Position numbers and translations under genes: made by a program. The notes below the pieces were generated by a model that was not told the DNA's origin, searched no databases, and saw only the letters and a program-made list of their open reading frames with translations. Below are positions 16,620-26,953 of a DNA stretch of 64,000 nt, piece after piece (the stretch's first letter is position 1; every line of letters starts with the position of its first letter). The stretch comes from an uncultured delta proteobacterium (GTDB taxonomy: Bacteria; Desulfobacterota; Binatia; Binatales; Binataceae): NCBI GenBank assembly GCA_963724765.1, contig CAVRVY010000001.1, positions 96,001 to 160,000 on the forward strand, in the 5' to 3' direction.

Positions 16620-17435
16620 TCAATCGGTCGAAGACTTCAGCGAGCGCCCAAGACGGCGACGCGCGGAAGTCAGCTCAAACAGGCGCTGCACCATGAGTCC
16701 CAGTTGCGGCCAACCAGCGCAGAGGTAGGTATATTCCTCCACGACAGCTCCACCAAAAGACATCTTGAAGTTGGCCCTCCCATCGCTTCTGTCTTCACTG
16801 ATCCCGCCCCAGTCGTAGGTGGTGAAACCCTCCTCTTTATAGAGGCGCATGTTACTCCAATGCAGCAGACGGTTTAGGTTGCTCACGAGCCGAGCGTTCT
16901 TTGGCTCGTCCGAGTCTAAACGTCGACTGGCATTGTATAGGCCCCTGACGCGACCGTTCTCGGGATCGCGCAACACAAGATTCACCACCAAGGGCCGGTC
17001 GTCCAGGTACAGGATAACCCGGTCGGCAAACCCTTCGTAGCGTTGAAGAAGCCGGTCGGAGATTGGCCGCACGCCGTCCTTCAGCCGTGCGAACTCGTTG
17101 AATACGGTCAAAAAGTCCCCGCGTCCCGCCTCTTCATTGCGTGTAATCCGGACGCGCTCGCCTAATCTCTCGGCTCTTCGGATTTCGGTGCGATTGTGGG
17201 GCCCGAAGCCTTTCCACAGCCCCTCGAGAGGCAGGCGCAAATCGTTATATACGGTGAAGCCTCGTTCACCTCTGATCACCATCCGCGCGTCGTCAAGCTT
17301 GTCTGTGGTATAAAAGAAGCGCGCTAATCCGGTTGGCCCCAGATTCGCGGCGAATCGATGCACAGAGGTCTCGTTAGCAAAGAAGACCATCTTGTAGGAA
17401 AGAAGCCCGGCCAACTTTCGTTCGATAACTACCAC
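16620..17435 (-). CDS. FemAB-like GNAT-fold acyl/aminoacyl transferase
   Basis: NRTEIRRA, YDWGG, NFKMSFGG. Confidence 0.72.
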   Translation of the reverse strand: MVVIERKLAGLLSYKMVFFANETSVHRFAANLGPTGLARFFYTTDKLDDARMVIRGERGFTVYNDLRLPLEGLWKGFGPHNRTEIRRAERLGERVRITRNEEAGRGDFLTVFNEFARLKDGVRPISDRLLQRYEGFADRVILYLDDRPLVVNLVLRDPENGRVRGLYNASRRLDSDEPKNARLVSNLNRLLHWSNMRLYKEEGFTTYDWGGISEDRSDGRANFKMSFGGAVVEEYTYLCAGWPQLGLMVQRLFELTSARRRLGRSLKSSTD

Positions 17436-17528
17436 TTAAGACCCCCGCGCAGAACTCGCTGGGCGAGCCGCTTATTCGTCTAACTGATGTCTAAATCGGA
17501 ACGCGCGAAAATGGCTATCGTCGCCGGG

Positions 17529-19064
17529 TCAATGGACCTCGCCGACTCCCGCCAATGCGACTAATGCCCCCGGCAGCCTCGCCAATGCTTTCGCGCTTTC
17601 GGTCGCGGCGCGTTGCAAAGCCAGCAGGCGGTAGCGTTCACCAAGCGCCCATGCCAGGCCGAACAGCACGCCCACGCTATCGGTGAAGTCGCCCAGCAAT
17701 TCTTCGGTCATGTTGTTGATCAGGATCGGAATCACTATCAGAAAAAAAATCGCTTTAAGGTTCCATGTATTGCCCTGCTGGCGGAACACGAACACCCACG
17801 GCCGCAGAATGATGAATAGCCACAGTACAGTGGCCGGGATGCCAACTCCAACGGCATGGTCGAGGTATCCGTTGTGCAGTGAGCTATGCGGCCCGAGATC
17901 CCAGGGGCCCCACCAGATAGGGAAGTATGAGCTTTGGAAGATGGCCCCCGACACCGCGTATCCGTAACCCAGGATGGGCCGGTCTTTTATTTGCTGCACT
18001 ACGAAGTCCCAGATGTCGGTGCGGCCGGTCAAGGTACCCACATCGCCACGTCCGGTGTACGCGGCCAGGTTGCCGTGAGAATAGATGACTAACGCTACGC
18101 CAAGCGCCGCGGTGCCAGCCGCCAACAGCAGCACGCCGCGCGCACGCCATCTCCACACCGAGTACAGCGTGATACCCACTGCCAGAGCAAGAAACGGGGA
18201 CCGCGAATCGGCCAACCCCGCCAGCACCACCGAAGCGGCAATCAGGGCCGCCAAGACTACACGCACGCGACCGCTCGCCTTCGGCCAACACACCAGCGCC
18301 GGCCCAACGAGGATGAGCATCAGCCCGCCCATATCGTTCGGCCCGCCGAGCAGCCCTTTGAAGCGGTCAACGCCATCCACCGTGATTCCCAGTTTCAGCA
18401 TTCCGTGCAGTTCTTCGGGGGTGAAACTTTCCAGTGGGCTTATCCACGTCTGGCTATGCGGCAATACCAGACCGCTGGCCGCGTTCAGGGCCAGAATTAT
18501 TCCGGCGCCCACGAGAAAGTGAGCCAACAGGCGCGTGGCGTTGTTGGCCTCGCGCACATCGAGCACGATTGCTGCAAGCACCGCCAGCATCAGGAATGCC
18601 TCGCCCAGGCGGGCCAGCGAATATTCGGGAGCCAGGGAGTAGGTGATCGTTACAGCCGCCCAGATAAAATAGATCGTGTACAGTTTGAACCCGCCACTGC
18701 GGAACATGTCGGAGCGTAGTGCCGTGGCGACAACCGGAAAACAGAGCAGCGCGAGCGCACCATAGTGGAAGGCGGCACGCTCGGACGGGTCGAGAAACGA
18801 TAATCCGTTAATCAGGAAGACCAGAACGAGGGCGCAAATCAGCCAATCACGATGACGCATGACGTAAGGCAGGCCAAATAGCACGACCAGCAACGCGGCA
18901 ACGCCGCCCACCGCCAGCAACAGCTTGCTGCTGTCGATCTGCATGCTGTACAGGAGGACGAACGCCGCAGCCGCAGCAATCATGAGCCGCGCGGCATGCA
19001 ACGCCCCACCCTCGCGCGGTGACGGGGAAAACAAGGTTGCGTCGAGTCCCGCCATTTTCATCAC
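17529..19064 (-). CDS. O-antigen ligase/Wzy-family membrane protein
   Basis: Many TM helices; SRS, TLTGRTDIW, RPILGYGY, HNGYL. Confidence 0.88.
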   Translation of the reverse strand: MMKMAGLDATLFSPSPREGGALHAARLMIAAAAAFVLLYSMQIDSSKLLLAVGGVAALLVVLFGLPYVMRHRDWLICALVLVFLINGLSFLDPSERAAFHYGALALLCFPVVATALRSDMFRSGGFKLYTIYFIWAAVTITYSLAPEYSLARLGEAFLMLAVLAAIVLDVREANNATRLLAHFLVGAGIILALNAASGLVLPHSQTWISPLESFTPEELHGMLKLGITVDGVDRFKGLLGGPNDMGGLMLILVGPALVCWPKASGRVRVVLAALIAASVVLAGLADSRSPFLALAVGITLYSVWRWRARGVLLLAAGTAALGVALVIYSHGNLAAYTGRGDVGTLTGRTDIWDFVVQQIKDRPILGYGYAVSGAIFQSSYFPIWWGPWDLGPHSSLHNGYLDHAVGVGIPATVLWLFIILRPWVFVFRQQGNTWNLKAIFFLIVIPILINNMTEELLGDFTDSVGVLFGLAWALGERYRLLALQRAATESAKALARLPGALVALAGVGEVH

Positions 19065-19146
19065 TGCTGTGTCTGGACCATAAAAATGGGCGGCGGCGGT
19101 GTTGGATTTCCATCACCACCCCCGCGCGCGAAGGTTCTGCGGATTC

Positions 19147-19162
19147 AGCAACCGTTGTGCCA
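19147..19162 (-). promoter_or_regulatory. Sigma54 -24/-12 promoter
   Basis: Minus strand TGGCACAACGGTTGCT matches TGGCAC-N5-TTGC, ~80 bp upstream of the Wzy-like gene. Confidence 0.75.
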
Positions 19163-19472
19163 TCGCGGATGCACAGCAATTTCAGGGAGGATGCCTCTAT
19201 TAGCGTCATATTTGGCGAGTCAAGCAGGGGGCCGTATGTAAATCGTACCGAATCCTACGGTAATTCTTTCTTTCTCGCTGCCATCGGCCGCGCAGCGCGA
19301 AAGCAGCGCTTATTGCGCCTAGTCGCAGGGGATCGGGTGAGAGATGCAAGGGAGAGCCAGTCGCCAGACAGGCCGGCTTGGGTAGGGCTCTCGCACTGCT
19401 GCCGAGCGCGCATCGCGCACGCCGGCCTGCGGCCGGCGTGCGGATGCGGCTCTGCGGATGCGGCTCTATGGT

Positions 19473-20651
19473 TCAATCGGGCCAATTGACCGACGGCCAG
19501 CGGCTCTTCCATGGCTTGGTCGAGTAATAATTCTGTATGATGCTGATGTACCATTCCGCGCCGCTGGTGGAATTTCCGTCATACCAATCTCCTGAATAAT
19601 GGTATCCGATACATCCCCACAGGATGGTATTTAGGTTGCCGCTGGCGATGTCACTCGCATAACTGTGGCCGTTGTTTGCTGCACGTCCGGCGAAGTAACC
19701 GGCGAGATCGCCGTCCATACAGGCCCGTTGGTCCGCAAAGCGGTAATCCGCCGCGAACGCAGTCGAATCATGTATCATCGGCCAAGTCTGCCAGTTGTTA
19801 TATACCTTGGTCTGCCAATTGCTCCAACTCTGGTAGCAGCAGTCCGTGCACATGTAATTCCACAGGCTGGTGAAGTCGCCGTTGACGCATTGTGAATAGG
19901 AAGTCCGCTCGTCTCCTCCGCTGTCAACCTGGTTCCAACTCCAATTTTCCCCCGTAGCCTGCGCGCGTACCACATCCTCGTCGATGCCCCATTTGCACGC
20001 GGCCCATCGATAGATCATGTCGGTGGTGCCGGTATACTGCCCGTCGACCCTGGCGTACGCCCATTCGCCGCCATAGAGATTGGCGGAATAGCCTTCGGCG
20101 GCATATTCTGCCAGTTGTGCCGAGGTAGGTTCCGTATTGTTGGGGCCATCGTTGGCCGGGACCATTTCGCTTTCCGATCCGATCTGCGAGGCACAGGAGG
20201 AATCGCTCGGCAGTGTTGCGCTACTGGACAGGGTGCTAAAATGGCTAGTGCTGGTGGTGCTACTGCTGCCGCCGCTGCTGCTGCCACCGCCACCGCCAGA
20301 AGAACCGTTCTCGACCGTAACCGTAATGGACTCGGAGGCGTTGGCCGGTTCTCCAGACGGATATGCGTTGACGGTTATAACATGGCTGCCATTGGCAACT
20401 CCGGCGCTGTTCCATGTGAAGCTGACATTGCCGGTCGCCGCGGTCGAAAGGCCGTTGCCGTCGACGAAGAGTTTCGACCACCAGGCATTGTTGACGTATG
20501 TCTTGACCGTGACGGTTCCGCTCACCGTCGCACCGTTGGACGGTGAGTCGATGATGACCTCACCGTATGCCGGCCCTACGCCTTGTGCCAACAGAGAGAA
20601 GAGCAACAAAAACAAAAAACCTCGATAGCTCATAGCGTTTTCCCCATTCAC
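19473..20651 (-). CDS. Secreted protein: Ig-like (Big) domain, Gly/Ser linker, lysozyme/SLT-like domain
   Basis: Signal peptide; IDSPSNGATVSGTV...WNS...NGSHVITV; WAACKWGIDEDVVRAQA. Confidence 0.7.
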   Translation of the reverse strand: MNGENAMSYRGFLFLLLFSLLAQGVGPAYGEVIIDSPSNGATVSGTVTVKTYVNNAWWSKLFVDGNGLSTAATGNVSFTWNSAGVANGSHVITVNAYPSGEPANASESITVTVENGSSGGGGGSSSGGSSSTTSTSHFSTLSSSATLPSDSSCASQIGSESEMVPANDGPNNTEPTSAQLAEYAAEGYSANLYGGEWAYARVDGQYTGTTDMIYRWAACKWGIDEDVVRAQATGENWSWNQVDSGGDERTSYSQCVNGDFTSLWNYMCTDCCYQSWSNWQTKVYNNWQTWPMIHDSTAFAADYRFADQRACMDGDLAGYFAGRAANNGHSYASDIASGNLNTILWGCIGYHYSGDWYDGNSTSGAEWYISIIQNYYSTKPWKSRWPSVNWPD

Positions 20652-21386
20652 TTCTTAAAGCAACACGAAGGACCTTCGTCACGAGGCCCTGCCTCGATTG
20701 AAGACGCACCGGTTGCCAGGCGTCGCTTGCGGGCGCAAGTCTGCGCCACCGGACGCGCCGGTATTGTCCGTAACGCCAGCCGGGACAGCCGGACGCGATC
20801 AAAGAACGCTGTCTTATGACCGCGAACCAGACTCAGCTGGTGTGGCCGACCGTTCTTCGGTCTGACGTAACTCGGTGAACTCTACGAAAGGGTCAGGAGA
20901 TGTGAGGAGAGGGAGAGCCGCGGCCGCCAAAGGTATGAACGATATGCACGGTCTTCATGGAGTGACTGCAACGCTGGGCCGACGGCTCGTCACCGCGGCA
21001 ACACTGACCTCGAACGAAACACCCCAACATCGTTCGCTCCCCCTAAGTCGAAATCAAACCATCCGAAAAAAAATGGATGCAATCCTAGTACGCCTGTCGA
21101 ATTTCGCTGTCAAGGTTTCTGCAAATATATTTATCAACAACCTGCCCCGCCACTCTTTTTGCACAGTCCAGGCACTTACAGAGCCCAGTCTGGCTATGTG
21201 CGGCTCTGACGGATCGGCTCCGAATGGATCGTTGGAAGTGCCCCTTGATCGCCGCAACATCGGCAGAATCAGAAACATCTCCGGCCGATCGGCAAGAATT
21301 TCAGAGCGCATTCTCGATTTTGCGGGCATATCTCCAAAAATGCTTAGGCTTAGTCGCGTTTGAATGGGCATAAAGCTCGCGATTTA

Positions 21387-21402
21387 AGGCATAAAAGTTG
21401 CT
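21387..21402 (+). promoter_or_regulatory. Probable sigma54 promoter
   Basis: AGGCATAAAAGTTGCT (GG-N10-GC) upstream of the deacetylase operon. Confidence 0.55.
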
Positions 21403-21443
21403 CCATCCGTCGGCAGACGGAACCACCGCGGTGACAAATTAGA

Positions 21444-22388
21444 GTGTCCAGTTTCAACGAACAGACTCCTGTCATGCCACCATTTGCGCAGAACCGGCTC
21501 ACCCGGCTGACCAAATTCCTCATCTCCGCGGGTTTTTACGTCGTGCGTGAGACACTGCGCGCCGTCTCGCGACTGCTCGGAGCACGTCAGCCCGGGCGGG
21601 CTGTCGCAATTTACTACCATCAGGTGTTTGCGGCGGAACGCGCGCGTTTCTCTCGCCAGATGGATCACCTTCTGCGATGGACGGCGCCGATTCCCGCGGA
21701 TCATGGCGAGCCTCTACCCGCGGGAGTGCGCTGCGCGATGGTGACGATGGACGACGGATGGATTAGTTTCGTCGAGAACGCACTCCCTGAGCTGCGCAGC
21801 CGGAACATCCCGGTAACAATTTTCGTCGTCGCCGATTGTATGGGCGAGAGCCTCGGCGAGGCTGCGGATCATATAATGTCCGAGAAGGAACTGCACGGAC
21901 TGGCGCCTGACCTTGCACGTGGTTTGGTCACAATCGGATCGCATACCAGCACCCACGCACGCGTCACTGCACTGGATGAGCGCGAGGCCTGGCGCGAACT
22001 GTCCGAGTCGCGCGCCCATCTGGAGCGAATTCTCGGCCGGGAAGTGAAGCTCTTCTGTTTTCCATTCGGTGTCTATAGTGCGGAGGCGGTGGAGCTGTGT
22101 CGCGCCGCCGGTTACGAACGGGTGTTCAGTGGGATGCCGTCGCCGGCGTTGCGCGATCCGCACGAGTTCCTGATTGGAAGAATGCGCGTCGATCCCGGCG
22201 ACTGGCTGCTCGAGTTTCATTTGAAGCTGATGGGTGCCTATGACTGGGTGCCGTTGGCGGCGTCTCTTAAGCGTCGAGTTCTTGGCCTCGCGCGTATCGG
22301 CCGCCGCAGGCGTGCGGATTCGCTGCCGAAGCCCCGCCAGCCGGACTCGATCGCGTCGCAGGAGATTGCCGCGACCTCTTCCAAGTAA
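21444..22388 (+). CDS. Polysaccharide deacetylase (NodB/CE4)
   Basis: YYH, TMDDG, GSHTSTH, FCFPFG. Confidence 0.9.
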   Translation: MSSFNEQTPVMPPFAQNRLTRLTKFLISAGFYVVRETLRAVSRLLGARQPGRAVAIYYHQVFAAERARFSRQMDHLLRWTAPIPADHGEPLPAGVRCAMVTMDDGWISFVENALPELRSRNIPVTIFVVADCMGESLGEAADHIMSEKELHGLAPDLARGLVTIGSHTSTHARVTALDEREAWRELSESRAHLERILGREVKLFCFPFGVYSAEAVELCRAAGYERVFSGMPSPALRDPHEFLIGRMRVDPGDWLLEFHLKLMGAYDWVPLAASLKRRVLGLARIGRRRRADSLPKPRQPDSIASQEIAATSSK

Positions 22389-22424
22389 ATATCGATTTTC
22401 TTTCGGCCAGTGCGGGCGATCTAG

Positions 22425-24194
22425 ATGGTTAAAGCTCAACAGGATGCGGCGAATATCCTTGTCGTCTCGGATTTCAACGCCCGCAACCTGGCATCCTTGA
22501 TCTCCAACTGCCGCACCGATGGAATGCGGTTGCGAGCTACAGCCGCTCCGTTCGGACAAGTGATGCAGTTGCTGCTCTCGCCGCGCGCGGAAGTTTGGGA
22601 GCCGGATCTTGACGCGGCTGTGGTGTGGACTTCGCCCCAGTCCGTGTCCAAGGCTTATGCAAACCTGCTGGCGTACGAATCGTTATCGGTCGAAGTGATG
22701 GTCAGCGAGGTAAAAGCGTATGCCCTCGCGCTCAGCACGATCCCCGTTCATCTGAAATCCATCTTCGTTCCCACCTGGACCCCGCTCCATCCCTTCGAGG
22801 GCCGCCGCGGACTGCTCGACATGAGCCCGGCCATGGGTCCGGCGGCCGCATTGATGCGGATGAACCTGGCTCTTGCCGAGGAGGTCCAGAAGGATAAACG
22901 GATACATCTATTCGATTCGGCGCGATGGATCGCTTCAGCGGGAGAACGTTCGTACGATGCACGAATGTGGTATTTGTCCAAGACGCCCTTCGCAGTCGAT
23001 GTTTTCAAAGAAGCAGCGCGCGATATCGTCGCGGCGCTGAGAGGAATAAAAGGCGGCGCGCGCAAGCTCGTCATCCTCGATCTTGACGATACTCTGTGGG
23101 GCGGCGTCGTCGGCGACCTCGGCTGGAGAAATCTTCGTCTTGGCGGACACGACCCGGTGGGCGAAGCCTACCAGGATTTTCAGCTTGCGCTCAAAGCCCT
23201 GACCCGGCGCGGGATCCTGCTCGCCATCGCCAGTAAGAACGAAGAACACACGGCGCTCGAAGCGATAGCCTCTCATCCGGAGATGGTATTGAAACTCGCC
23301 GATTTCGCTGGCTGGCGCATCAACTGGAACGACAAGGTCCAAAACATTATCCAGCTGACCGCGGATCTCAATCTGGGCCTCGCCGCAGCCGTATTTATCG
23401 ACGACAATCCGGTTGAGCGTGCACGCGTGCGCGAAGCGCTGCCCACCCTGCTGGTACCAGAGTGGCCGCAGAACCCGCTCCACTATGTAACGACGCTCGG
23501 GGCTCTCGATTGCTTCGACGCTCCGTTTGTGAGCGCCGAAGACCGTGAGCGCACCGCGATGTACGTCTCCGAGCGCAGGCGCCAGCAGTTGCAGGACGAG
23601 GCGCCGTCGCTCGAGACCTGGCTCAGTACCCTCGAGTTGAAAGTCCGCGTCGAAGAATTGAGCGCCGGCAATCTCGAGCGCACGACGCAACTTCTCAACA
23701 AGACCAACCAGATGAATATGCGCACGCGCCGAATGTCGAGTCGCGAATTGGCCGCCTGGGCCATCGAACCTGGTCGTCAGCTTCTCGTATTCCGGGTCGC
23801 CGACAGGTTTGGCGACTATGGCCTGGTGGGGATTGCGGGCCTGAGTTTCGATCAGGTGGCCAGGACGGCCGAGATCGAAGATTTCGTGTTGAGCTGCCGC
23901 GTCATGGGCAGAAAGATTGAGGAAACGATGCTTCGCGTGCTGGCCGTGCATGCCAAGTCCGCGGGGGCGGTCTCAATGTCGGGCCAATATCTCGCGACGC
24001 CGAAGAATCAGCCATGTCTGCGTTTTTTCAAGACCAGCGGTATGACGCAGAATACGGACGGGCAGCCTGGACACGCCGCTTTTCATTGGAACCTGGATAA
24101 TGAATATCCGCTTCCCGGATTCGTAACTCTGTCCTGGGCGGATGGCGCGGAGCCGGGCCGCCCGGGTTTGTCTCCGGAGCTAGCAGCGACCTGA
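22425..24194 (+). CDS. FkbH-like HAD-IIIC glyceryl transferase/phosphatase
   Basis: DLDDTLWGG, SKN, FIDDNPVER, KTNQ, DRFGDYG, LSCRVMGR. Confidence 0.93.
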   Translation: MVKAQQDAANILVVSDFNARNLASLISNCRTDGMRLRATAAPFGQVMQLLLSPRAEVWEPDLDAAVVWTSPQSVSKAYANLLAYESLSVEVMVSEVKAYALALSTIPVHLKSIFVPTWTPLHPFEGRRGLLDMSPAMGPAAALMRMNLALAEEVQKDKRIHLFDSARWIASAGERSYDARMWYLSKTPFAVDVFKEAARDIVAALRGIKGGARKLVILDLDDTLWGGVVGDLGWRNLRLGGHDPVGEAYQDFQLALKALTRRGILLAIASKNEEHTALEAIASHPEMVLKLADFAGWRINWNDKVQNIIQLTADLNLGLAAAVFIDDNPVERARVREALPTLLVPEWPQNPLHYVTTLGALDCFDAPFVSAEDRERTAMYVSERRRQQLQDEAPSLETWLSTLELKVRVEELSAGNLERTTQLLNKTNQMNMRTRRMSSRELAAWAIEPGRQLLVFRVADRFGDYGLVGIAGLSFDQVARTAEIEDFVLSCRVMGRKIEETMLRVLAVHAKSAGAVSMSGQYLATPKNQPCLRFFKTSGMTQNTDGQPGHAAFHWNLDNEYPLPGFVTLSWADGAEPGRPGLSPELAAT

Positions 24195-24225
24195 AATCGA
24201 GCTTTGCCGCCTGGAGGCGGCAATC

Positions 24226-24792
24226 ATGATGGACAGCGGAGCGATCAATGGCGCGAAGGACGACCGTAGATCCTTGCTGGGGAGGGTGTTCAATCGCGCG
24301 TTGCACCTGATGGCGCGCGTGCTGCCCGGCAGCAGGAGCCTGCGGCCCTTCCTGCATCGTTTACGCGGAGTGAGTATAGGCAACAACGTATTCATTGGTG
24401 ACGATGTTTACCTGGAGAACGAGTATCCAGCGTGCATCGAGATAGAGGACGATGTTGAAATCGGCCTGCGTTCGGTGATTATTGCACATCTGCGCGGTCC
24501 GGGGAGAGTGGTGATCAAGAAGACCGCCTGGATCGGGGCTTGTTGCCTGATCAGCAGTGCGAAGGGGCGGGTTCTGACTATTGGCGAAGGCGCCGTGGTA
24601 GGAGCTGGCTCGGTAATTACAAGCGACATACCAGCCTTCGCGTTTGTCAAACCGGCAGCACCGCAACAGGTGGCGACCGTATCGGTCCCGTTGGCCACCG
24701 CTCCGTCGTACATGGCCTTCCTCCGGGGACTCAGACCGACGCGCCCGGCAGCCAGCGTTCGCGACGGAACTTCCGCCAAGACCGTTACATAG
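24226..24792 (+). CDS. Hexapeptide-repeat acyltransferase
   Basis: GVSIGNNVFIG, WIGA, TIGEGAVVGAGSVITSDIP. Confidence 0.88.
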   Translation: MMDSGAINGAKDDRRSLLGRVFNRALHLMARVLPGSRSLRPFLHRLRGVSIGNNVFIGDDVYLENEYPACIEIEDDVEIGLRSVIIAHLRGPGRVVIKKTAWIGACCLISSAKGRVLTIGEGAVVGAGSVITSDIPAFAFVKPAAPQQVATVSVPLATAPSYMAFLRGLRPTRPAASVRDGTSAKTVT

Positions 24793-24817
24793 AGCGGGCC
24801 GCGAGGAAGAGAATCAG

Positions 24818-25141
24818 ATGTCAGATTCGAATGGCAGCAGCGTTTCGGCCACGGAAGCAGTCGTATTTCGTGCCGTAGATCGCGTTAACGAACTACTGGC
24901 TGAAACTCAACAGCTCAAAAGAAGCCGCACGATTCCGCTCATGGAAGATGGCACCGCTCTCGACTCCCTTGCACTCATAAATCTTCTGGTGTTCATCGAG
25001 GACGAGATTCGCGACACCTTTGGGCAGGAAATCATACTGGCAGGAGAAGACCCAACGGGTCCGCTCAAAGATAGTGACCTGAAGACACTGGGTAGCCTGA
25101 TTGACGCGCTACAGAATCTGCTTGCGGCCCGGCCGCGGTGA
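24818..25141 (+). CDS. Acyl carrier protein
   Basis: LDSLALINL phosphopantetheine site; TLGSL C-terminal helix. Confidence 0.8.
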   Translation: MSDSNGSSVSATEAVVFRAVDRVNELLAETQQLKRSRTIPLMEDGTALDSLALINLLVFIEDEIRDTFGQEIILAGEDPTGPLKDSDLKTLGSLIDALQNLLAARPR

Positions 25142-25147
25142 AGTATC

Positions 25148-26935
25148 TTGTCTCCGAGTCTCGCCCTGCTATCGTGCCCCGAGTCCCGCAACTCGGACCT
25201 GAACCTGGCAAAGCTCGCCGAGATGATGGGCGTGGCAGTGGTGACGTTTGAAGCGGGTGAGGTTGAGGCGACAGAGGATCTGTTGGCCGTGGTGCGCGGC
25301 CACGGGCATCGGACTCTCGCGGCGAGCAGCGCTACGCTGGCGCGGCTCACGCATAAAGCGCGACAAGACGGATGTTCCGCCAGTGCGCTGCTTGACGGGT
25401 TTGACCATGCATTAATTTATGGCTTTGAAAGGACCGGGCAGGGTGATCTGGCCGCCTGGATGACTGATCGTGCGCTGTGCAGGCCGACCCAACTTGATGG
25501 TAGCGCCCGCGAATACTCAATTTCAGAGTCCATGAGAGAGATATGCGGCCAGCTTTCCGGGCTGGCTTTTCCAGTGGACCGGCGGGCCAGCGCCTTTGTA
25601 CCCAGTCAACCCGATGTTCTCGAAAGCACCGTTACCGGAATCATCGTCGCGCAGGAACGCCCATATTTTGCGGTTACGCGCCAGGGCGGCTGCGAAATCT
25701 TCCTGCTGGCATGTACCGGCATGCTGGACATCGATGCTGACGCGGCGGCAGGGGACTTTCAAACGCCCCATTACGCGGACCTGCTGCCGCCGTTGATGTT
25801 TCTGCGCTACGCTTTCGGAGAGGCCTGTTGGAGAAATCCCGCACCGCGCGCCACCCTGACGATAGACGACCCGCTCCTGAGACCCCGTTATGGATTCCTG
25901 GCCTTTGACGAGTTGATAGCTGAGATGGAGGCTCATCGATTCGCGGCCACCGTGGCATTCATTCCGTGGAACTATCGCAGAAGCTCGCGTTACGTGACGG
26001 ACCTGCTCTGCAAGCATCGCGACCGCATCTCGATTTGCATCCACGGCTGCGATCACACGGGAGGTGAGTTTGTAAGCAGCGACGAGGCGCTGCTCAGGAA
26101 CAAGGCCCGGACCGCGTTGCGCAGAAGCCGCTGGCATGAGGATATCACCGGTCTCGCGTGCGACCCGATCATGATTTTTCCGCAGGGCGGTTTCACCAGT
26201 GCCGCGCTAAGCGCGCTCAAAGCCGAGGGCTATCTTGGAGCAGTCAATACCTCGGTCTTGCCTGCTGATTGGCGTCCCGGCGATCTGGCTATCAGGGATC
26301 TGCTTGACGTCGCGGTCACCCGCTATGACGGCTTTCCAGTTTTCGGCAGAAGATACCCAAGGTCAGCGCTTCCCTTCGCGCTGGACCTGTTCATGGGCAA
26401 GCCGGCACTAATAGTCGAGCATCACGATTATTTCAAAAGCGGATACACCGCGGTACGTGAATTCGTCGATCGTATAAACGCGCTCGACCCGCTGCTCTCC
26501 TGGCAGCCGCTCAAGCAAACTCTGGTCGGCAGCGCACTGTACAAAAGAACGGGGCAAAGAACGGCCAAAGTCAAGGTCTATACCGAGCAGTGTGTGCTTA
26601 CTAATCCGTTTGGCGACTCGATGACGTTCAGGATTTCGAAAAGAGGTGGCTTCGGTGATTCGCTCAAATGCGTACTGCGCGACGGACTTCCGCTTGAGCA
26701 TAGTGTGACTGGAGACTACATCGAGGCGGAGCTTGAACTGGAACCGGGCGGCCACGCCTTGATCGACGTGTCCCGATTCGACGGCAGTACACAGGCCGAG
26801 GTCAGTAACCGAATCACTTACGAAGCCAAAGTGGCGCTCCGGCGTTACCTTTCGGAGTTTCGCGATAACCATCTTGCGGGGAGCGACCGCCTGACCGCGC
26901 TCTCGAAAAAGTTCGCGCGCCGAATTCCGGTGTGA
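25148..26935 (+). CDS. Hypothetical protein with deacetylase-like central domain
   Basis: LTIDD, IHGCDH, FPQG metal-binding-like motifs. Confidence 0.65.
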   Translation: MSPSLALLSCPESRNSDLNLAKLAEMMGVAVVTFEAGEVEATEDLLAVVRGHGHRTLAASSATLARLTHKARQDGCSASALLDGFDHALIYGFERTGQGDLAAWMTDRALCRPTQLDGSAREYSISESMREICGQLSGLAFPVDRRASAFVPSQPDVLESTVTGIIVAQERPYFAVTRQGGCEIFLLACTGMLDIDADAAAGDFQTPHYADLLPPLMFLRYAFGEACWRNPAPRATLTIDDPLLRPRYGFLAFDELIAEMEAHRFAATVAFIPWNYRRSSRYVTDLLCKHRDRISICIHGCDHTGGEFVSSDEALLRNKARTALRRSRWHEDITGLACDPIMIFPQGGFTSAALSALKAEGYLGAVNTSVLPADWRPGDLAIRDLLDVAVTRYDGFPVFGRRYPRSALPFALDLFMGKPALIVEHHDYFKSGYTAVREFVDRINALDPLLSWQPLKQTLVGSALYKRTGQRTAKVKVYTEQCVLTNPFGDSMTFRISKRGGFGDSLKCVLRDGLPLEHSVTGDYIEAELELEPGGHALIDVSRFDGSTQAEVSNRITYEAKVALRRYLSEFRDNHLAGSDRLTALSKKFARRIPV

Positions 26936-26953
26936 AGCAGAGAGGGCAGAATC

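Noticed and set aside
20875-21363. 162-aa ORF in the divergent intergenic region
   Set aside because: No recognisable motif and atypical composition; more plausibly regulatory DNA. No riboswitch consensus recognised either.
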